A stretch of 64,000 nt of DNA from an uncultured Alphaproteobacteria bacterium (GTDB lineage: Bacteria; Pseudomonadota; Alphaproteobacteria; CAAHEQ01; UBA3637): positions 12,119 through 76,118 of the forward strand of contig CALCTR010000029.1 of assembly GCA_937906925.1 (NCBI GenBank), read 5' to 3'. The position numbers and the translations under genes were made by a program. This document shows, one piece after another, positions 63,318 through 64,000 of the stretch. Numbering within the stretch: the first letter of the stretch is position 1; each line of letters opens with the position of its first letter. The notes under the pieces were generated by a model that made no database searches, was not told where the DNA came from, and saw nothing but the letters and a program-made list of their open reading frames with translations.

Positions 63318-64000
63318 ATGTCTTATTATCAACCGGCAGAAATTGCTCAAATATTTGCTGACTCATCCAAAGCAAAAGCAAATATGCCTTTTCTTAAATT
63401 TTTTCTTTTTGCTGTTTTAGGCGGTATGTTTATTGCTCTTGGCGGATTATTAACCGTTGTTGTTGCGGGTGGTATGCCTGCCACCTCTGCCGTAAATCCG
63501 GGTCTTGTCAAATTTGTGGCCGGAGCTCTTTTTCCGGTTGGTCTAATCATGGTTTGCATTGCCGGTGCTGATTTATTTACAAGCGATTGTGCCGGTATGA
63601 CTTTGTCAACCCTTCAAAAAAAGACATCTTGGCAAGCATTGTTAAAAGTTTGGATTTTAGCCTATGCCTTTAACTTTATCGGTGCTCAAATCATTGCCTA
63701 TTTTTTAGCCTATAAAGCAGGCCTTGCCACTGCCCTACCCTATCAAGACTATTTGCATACACTGGCTTACGGCAAATTAAAATACGGATGGGATGTAGTT
63801 ATTATAAAAGCTATCGGTGCCAACGCTCTTGTCTGTCTTGGAACTTGGATGGGATATGCAGGTAAAGACGTGATGAGTAAATCGCTTGGCATATGGGTAC
63901 CGGTTATGATTTTTGTAACACTTGGATTAGAACACTCCATTGCCAATATGTTTTTTATACCAAGTGCCATTTATACCGGTGCAGATATTTGTTGGAGCAG
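63318..64000 (+). CDS. Formate/nitrite transporter (FNT) family protein, N-terminal 227 codons (continues past window end)
   Basis: Not in the ORF track (open-ended). My translation is MSYYQPAEIAQIFADSS...FLFAVLGGMFIALGG...GADLFTSDC...LGLEHSIANMFFIP, which carries FNT signatures. AAGGAG RBS. Confidence 0.85.
   Translation, partial: MSYYQPAEIAQIFADSSKAKANMPFLKFFLFAVLGGMFIALGGLLTVVVAGGMPATSAVNPGLVKFVAGALFPVGLIMVCIAGADLFTSDCAGMTLSTLQKKTSWQALLKVWILAYAFNFIGAQIIAYFLAYKAGLATALPYQDYLHTLAYGKLKYGWDVVIIKAIGANALVCLGTWMGYAGKDVMSKSLGIWVPVMIFVTLGLEHSIANMFFIPSAIYTGADICWS

Noticed and set aside
63347-63970. Minus-strand ORFs 63347-63559 and 63767-63970
   Set aside because: They are antisense to the clearly recognisable, open-ended FNT transporter gene that starts at 63318.

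Overview
The window is AT-rich, densely coding bacterial chromosome. I saw no transposase, integrase, phage gene, rRNA or CRISPR array. Gene content and order point to an alphaproteobacterium: cdsA-rseP-bamA-skp-lpxD-fabZ-lpxA-lpxI-lpxB, dnaK-dnaJ, short-form psd-pssA, and waaA-lpxK-lpxL. The AT richness, two ankyrin-repeat proteins, a chlamydia-type Pmp-repeat giant autotransporter and several large orphan ORFs suggest a host-associated lineage (Rickettsiales/Holosporales-like). That placement is inference; it needs a database search. The housekeeping backbone is dnaN (partial), dnaKJ, ftsB, ampG, typA, tsaC, ftsK, lolA, rlmE, an rsmB-like gene, gpmI, a U32 peptidase, psd, pssA, trmJ, and most of the lipid A pathway. 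Two stand-alone tRNA genes, His(GUG) and Leu(CAG), each have a near-perfect sigma70 promoter and a terminator. Accessory or orphan genes are interspersed:
- a 3420-aa autotransporter with nested, partly near-identical in-frame repeats;
- a 1040-aa orphan next to tRNA-His;
- a Cys-elbow alpha/beta-hydrolase-like protein with ankyrin repeats;
- a secreted ankyrin protein;
- a Lon-like protease with degenerate Walker A and B motifs;
- a GT52-like glycosyltransferase;
- an OmpR-type regulator with a degenerate receiver domain;
- a membrane-anchored HExxH protein;
- tandem paralogous small membrane proteins;
- several small lipoproteins.
The best candidate for something undescribed is a 451-aa ORF (58631-59986). 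It carries two R-x4-H (HEPN RNase-type) motifs in one polypeptide, sits behind a perfect consensus promoter, and has no CRISPR array or antitoxin partner nearby. All family assignments come from motif recognition by eye. No searches or computations were run.
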